This document shows positions 59,605 through 64,000 of a DNA stretch of 64,000 bases, one piece after another (the stretch's first letter is position 1; each line of letters opens with the position of its first letter). The stretch is from a virus. The stretch covers positions 59,032 to 123,031 of the IMG/VR virus record IMGVR_UViG_3300037606_000123; one strand, given 5' to 3'. The translations under genes were made by a program, and so were the position numbers. The notes beneath the pieces were generated by a model. The model made no database searches. It worked only from the letters and a program-made list of their open reading frames with translations, and was not told the DNA's origin.

Positions 59605-59994
59605 TTAAACATTGTATAAGCCTTGTCCACTATTAGATGAATTTATACTTACTGTTTTTACATATTTTTGTTCTTCTTTTTTTAATCCTTTTTTCATGTA
59701 CAATCTATTAATTTCTTCAGTTGTAGAACGTTTATGAATTTCTGTAAAATATGCAAAAGCATTAGTTGTTTTATCTGGATTAAAACTTTGCCAATTAGTA
59801 AACAAATTTAAATAAGATGTTTGTAAGCAATCTTTTCTATCTTCTTCATAAAAATATGTTTTTTTTCTAATTGCTCTTTCTGCTAACATAATTAACATGT
59901 TTTCTGATTTTCTTGTTAATTTTCCTAATCCTTTTGAAATTATAATTTCATATGTAAATTTTATTGCATTTATGGGATTTTTCTTTTTTACCAT
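59605..59994 (-). CDS. gp55: gp55-like late sigma factor
   Basis: LAERA..K..D..D..Q....W..FNPDKTTNAFAYFTEI. Confidence 0.75.
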   Translation of the reverse strand: MVKKKNPINAIKFTYEIIISKGLGKLTRKSENMLIMLAERAIRKKTYFYEEDRKDCLQTSYLNLFTNWQSFNPDKTTNAFAYFTEIHKRSTTEEINRLYMKKGLKKEEQKYVKTVSINSSNSGQGLYNV

Positions 59995-60115
59995 ATTTAT
60001 TTAATAGTAATTATTTTTATTATATATATTTGTTATACACTATAAAAAATAGTTGTTTAAAAAAAAAGTCTCATATTAATATGAGACTTTTTAATAATAT
60101 TAATTATTATTATTA

Positions 60116-61396
60116 TTATTTATATAATTGTGATTTTTTATTTTTAATGATTTTTAATTCTTCTGCTAATTTATGTTTTTTACCTAATAAGTTATTATAT
60201 AAATTTTCAAGAACTTTATTTTCTTTTATTATATCTTGACCTTCATATTTTATTTTTAAAATAGCATTATCAACATCAGTTAATTTTTCTAATACAACTT
60301 TTTCAGCTGTTTCTAAATTAATTTTTGCTTTAACTTCTTCATCTAATAAATCTTCATAGAAGAATGTTAAATCAGCACCTAATTCTTGCATTAAATTTTC
60401 AATTAATGGCATAGCATTTTCAAAAGCATAATAAGAATTACCAGCATGTTTATCAATTCTATATTGTGTAATTTTTCCATTATAATTAAATACATAACAT
60501 TCAAATGCATGATTCATAATATTGTAAACATGTTTAACTGTATCTATTTTCATAAATTTATCTAAGTTATTAAATGTTTCATTTAATATTGGATAAAATC
60601 CTTTTCCAGCTATTGGTACAATTGGTGAATTAAATAAAGTTTCTAATGTTGTACCTCTATCAGATTCAGATCCATTTAAAAATATTTCTTTAGAATTAAC
60701 ATTAAATGTTACATTTAATTCTTCTGCAATATTAAAAACAATTTTATCATCTGTAAATGTTGCATAGTTAATAGCTTGTTCTAATATTCTCATTTTTTTT
60801 AATTGAATATCATCAGTAATGTGATTTTCTAATAATGTAATATTAACACCTTGATCATTTAATAACACCCAATTTTTTGCTATGTATGTTAAATAACCTT
60901 CTTTTAATTGTAATACAATCGAAAAAACATCATCAATTTTACCACCATTAGAAATAAAATTTTGTTTTGTTTGTGGTGTAGAAGCCATTTCATATAAAAA
61001 CATTCTTATTTCAGAAACCCATTCATACATTTTTAAACTATCTAAAATTTTAATTTTACGTTCTTCATCATTTGTTTGATTAATACATTCTAAAATCGAA
61101 TTTAAAGCGGTCTCATATAAAAATGTATCACCTTTTCTTTTTATCTTTGTATATAAATCTTTTAATGAATACAAAATAGGATCACTAGATAACTCTTGAT
61201 CGATACTTTCTAAAAAAGGTGTAACGCTTTCATAAAATTTAAATTTATCTAACATATTTGATAAATTTAAAAATACTTCTTTTTCAGAATACATATCACA
61301 TAATGTAATGTGTTCTGATACTATATTTACAACATCTGTTTGTTCTATATTTAAACCTTTACGGTATTCAAACAATTTAAGTTTTAATGACTTCAT
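60116..61396 (-). CDS. Hypothetical late protein
   Basis: ORF from ATG 61396 (MKSLKLKLFEY) with AATATATA upstream. Confidence 0.65.
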   Translation of the reverse strand: MKSLKLKLFEYRKGLNIEQTDVVNIVSEHITLCDMYSEKEVFLNLSNMLDKFKFYESVTPFLESIDQELSSDPILYSLKDLYTKIKRKGDTFLYETALNSILECINQTNDEERKIKILDSLKMYEWVSEIRMFLYEMASTPQTKQNFISNGGKIDDVFSIVLQLKEGYLTYIAKNWVLLNDQGVNITLLENHITDDIQLKKMRILEQAINYATFTDDKIVFNIAEELNVTFNVNSKEIFLNGSESDRGTTLETLFNSPIVPIAGKGFYPILNETFNNLDKFMKIDTVKHVYNIMNHAFECYVFNYNGKITQYRIDKHAGNSYYAFENAMPLIENLMQELGADLTFFYEDLLDEEVKAKINLETAEKVVLEKLTDVDNAILKIKYEGQDIIKENKVLENLYNNLLGKKHKLAEELKIIKNKKSQLYK

Positions 61397-61486
61397 ACTT
61401 TTAGTCAATTTATTATTTTTTATTATATATTGATATTTTATATACAAAAAAATCTTTTTTTTATATTTTTTTATATATTAAGTTTT

Positions 61487-62221
61487 TTATTCACCTGATG
61501 ATGGATTTAAATTTGTATTTTGATTATTTTGCCATATATCAATAATAAAATTAGATGTATCATTTGCATTAAATTTATTATTATAATCAAATATAGGATA
61601 AAATGTATGTATTTCAAATTCAAAAGATATTTTTAAAAGATCAACATCACCAAAAGATGCTTCTCTTACTTTTGTTTGTTGTGTATCTGCTGTAAAATTA
61701 AATACCGCATTTATAGGAATTCTTTTAAAATCAAAAACAAAATATTTATAAATCCACATATTGTCCATATATGTTTGCCACATTTTAAATACATCAATTT
61801 CATTATCAAAAATTGTATCTAATGTAAATGATAATTTAACTGGTACACCTTTTGTTTGTGTAACAATTTGTTGTAACTCATCATCATCATTCATTACATT
61901 TACATTAAGCCATGTATTTGGATTTGTAAATTCATCCATTTTTACAGCCCAGCTATTTAATGTAATAACACCTCTAGGTATTTGATCAGTATTCATATTT
62001 ACTCTTTTATCTGGTATATCATCATAAAATGCATCCATAACATATCTTGTATCACCAAGCATTGAATAAAATATAGGAATTTTAACTTCATATGGGCCAT
62101 CTTCAGAAACATTAGTCCATTTAAAACGATCATGTAAAAATCCTCTAAACCCTAAAATAACATTACGTAAAAAAATATTATCAAAATTATTTTTATCTAA
62201 ATGTGTTTGATTATTTGTCAT
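61487..62221 (-). CDS. gp15: Tail sheath stabiliser/terminator (gp15-like)
   Basis: R.VI.GF...L, VKIP.FY, IPRG...L, VP..L.F.L......D.FK..Q. Confidence 0.65.
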   Translation of the reverse strand: MTNNQTHLDKNNFDNIFLRNVILGFRGFLHDRFKWTNVSEDGPYEVKIPIFYSMLGDTRYVMDAFYDDIPDKRVNMNTDQIPRGVITLNSWAVKMDEFTNPNTWLNVNVMNDDDELQQIVTQTKGVPVKLSFTLDTIFDNEIDVFKMWQTYMDNMWIYKYFVFDFKRIPINAVFNFTADTQQTKVREASFGDVDLLKISFEFEIHTFYPIFDYNNKFNANDTSNFIIDIWQNNQNTNLNPSSGE

Positions 62222-62347
62222 AATTTATATATATATTTTTAATATTTTTATATTATATCATATGTGGTCCAAAAAATACTATTCACTGAATATTATTTTA
62301 TAAACAAAATAATATTTATTTTATATAATTATTAAAGAAATAATAAT

Positions 62348-63304
62348 ATGATAGTTTTAAAAAAAATATACAGAAATAAATATAGACCAAAAAATATAGA
62401 AGGAACTATATTATTACCTAGAATTAAAAAAGAATTATTAGATGGTAATAATGAATTTATATTAGCTAATCATTATTTATTCAGTGGATCTCCAGGTATT
62501 GGAAAAACAACATTAGCTAAAATTATTGTACCAAGTGGGGCATTAATTGTAAATGCATCATATAATTCGTCTGTTGAAGATTTAAAAGAACAAGTAATAG
62601 ATTATTGTAGAACATCTGATATTTTTGAAGATGCTACAATTAATGGATTTAAAATAGTATTCTTAGATGAATTTGATGGTGTTTCACAAAAATACCAAGA
62701 AGCATTAAGAGCATTTATGGAAGAGTACGATGATCGTGTTAGATTTATTGCAACATGTAATAATTTATCTAAAATATCACCGGCAATGCAATCACGATTT
62801 ACTGTTTTTAAATTTGATCCTGAAACAGAAGAAGAAACACAATATTTAAAACAAGAATATTTAGAAAGAGCTTTACTTATTAAAGAAAAAAATAATATTA
62901 ATATTGAAGAAGAACAAATTAGTTCTATTATTAATATTAATTTTCCTGATTTAAGAAGTGTATTTAATACATTACAAAGAGCAGAAGTTAGTGGTAGTTA
63001 TAATAAAACAATGAATACAAGTATAAATGTTGATTTATATAATATTGTTTTTGAAATGCCCGATCCAGAAAAAACATATGCTTGGGTTATGAATAATTTT
63101 GGTGATAATGTTGAAAATTTATTGAAATTATGTGCACGACCATTAACTGAATATATCTTTGAAAATAAAAAAAAATACATGAATAAAGTTCCAATGCTAA
63201 TGAAAATTGTTGCTAATTATACAACAAATTTAAATAATTGTGTTGACCCCGTCATTTTAGCTTTATCATGTATTTACGAAATACAAGAAATAATAAACAA
63301 ATAA
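62348..63304 (+). CDS. gp44: Clamp loader large subunit (gp44/RFC-like)
   Basis: KYRP..I...ILLP, GSPGIGKTT, LDEFD, RFIATCN, QSRF, FPDLR. Confidence 0.93.
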   Translation: MIVLKKIYRNKYRPKNIEGTILLPRIKKELLDGNNEFILANHYLFSGSPGIGKTTLAKIIVPSGALIVNASYNSSVEDLKEQVIDYCRTSDIFEDATINGFKIVFLDEFDGVSQKYQEALRAFMEEYDDRVRFIATCNNLSKISPAMQSRFTVFKFDPETEEETQYLKQEYLERALLIKEKNNINIEEEQISSIININFPDLRSVFNTLQRAEVSGSYNKTMNTSINVDLYNIVFEMPDPEKTYAWVMNNFGDNVENLLKLCARPLTEYIFENKKKYMNKVPMLMKIVANYTTNLNNCVDPVILALSCIYEIQEIINK

Positions 63305-63312
63305 ATAAAAAT

Positions 63313-63603
63313 ATGGATTTACAATGGAAAAAAATGATAGAATCAAATATTTATGATTATATCAGTACAGTTGATTATAGACACCCAGATTTTACAGTAG
63401 CTGAATTTAAATTAAATTTAAAAAAAATTATTGGAATTGAACCAGCTGTAAAATTAAAATGGAATACTAGTGAAAAAATAAATGAATTAAAAAAACAATC
63501 TGGTGCTATTGATTATAAAGAAATAATTGAAAAAATTGAAATGATAGATATTACATTTATTGATGAAAATAATAAACCAATAGAATTAAAATTTATTTTA
63601 TAA
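63313..63603 (+). CDS. Hypothetical protein
   Basis: Start MDLQWKK at 63313 just after the gp44 stop. Confidence 0.6.
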   Translation: MDLQWKKMIESNIYDYISTVDYRHPDFTVAEFKLNLKKIIGIEPAVKLKWNTSEKINELKKQSGAIDYKEIIEKIEMIDITFIDENNKPIELKFIL

Positions 63604-63637
63604 ATAAAAAATATTAAAAAAATATGAATAACTTAAT

Positions 63638-64000
63638 CTATTTGTATTTCCATGAATAACCACCAGCGGTTTTACGAGTATTTTTACAACAAGATACAAT
63701 AGAAGATGAATTTATATTTGTTTTCCTATGTGCTTCACTAATAGAGTAAAATTCATTAATAATTATATTATTATGTATCTGTAACACTGCTCGTGTTTTA
63801 TTTCTTTTCATTTTTTCTAATGTTTCTGGTTTATGTTTAGTTTTATTAAAATTACCATCATGATTTAATTGATTTATATTATAATTTAAATAACCTTGTT
63901 CTAATTGTTCGATATTTTTATAACGCCAAACATATCCACCACTATTACGAATATTGCCTTTACAACACGCAACAATATTATTTGCACCTGTTGTTTTGGT
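63638..64000 (-). mobile_element. Partial homing-endonuclease-type gene (NUMOD1/NUMOD3 C-terminus), runs off the window
   Basis: Minus frame reads IVACCKG..SGGYVWRY, HKPETLEKM, F.SISEA and IVSCCK..TAGGYSWKYK-stop. Confidence 0.75.

Noticed and set aside
536-63180. Many short opposite-strand or out-of-frame ORFs in the track (e.g. 536-751, 1628-2029, 7157-7414, 12662-13024, 41046-41402, 55687-56178)
   Set aside because: They lie wholly within longer, motif-bearing genes and have shadow-like composition.
1-64000. Stop-codon reassignment as in some Bacteroidota megaphages
   Set aside because: Genes are full length and tightly packed in the standard code, and no suppressor tRNA is present.

Overview
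Very AT-rich (roughly 20-25% GC by eye), densely coding segment of a T4-like contractile-tail jumbo phage. The host is most likely a Bacteroidota: there are TAnnTTTG promoter elements and no Shine-Dalgarno motifs. The code is standard. The window holds the head module (gp23 capsid, fused gp21 protease/scaffold, gp20 portal, gp2-like, gp4), tail and neck genes (gp14-like, gp15-like, probable tape measure, a large baseplate-type gene) and a gp55-like late sigma factor. Replication and recombination genes are gp32, gp44, an N-half-only gp43, gp46, gp47, a RuvC-like and a RadA-like gene. It also has a nucleotide-metabolism cluster, four tRNAs, SmpB and three homing-endonuclease-type genes. The most unusual items are: (1) a dUTPase/dCTPase gene fused to a recent copy of the portal clip region and a capsid N-terminus-like segment, followed by a stand-alone capsid-fragment gene (possible decoy locus); (2) gp46 fractured by an atypically split intein with a free-standing endonuclease between the halves; (3) a dispersed family of ORFs sharing an MITxINxF(K/R)..(I/L)xE N-terminal tag resembling the T4 capsid-targeting sequence, including three GNAT-like proteins; (4) a thymidylate synthase homologue with Asp at the position that selects cytosine nucleotides; (5) a leader-peptide attenuator-like element ahead of the tRNAs. 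All family calls come from motif recognition by eye; no database searches were run.
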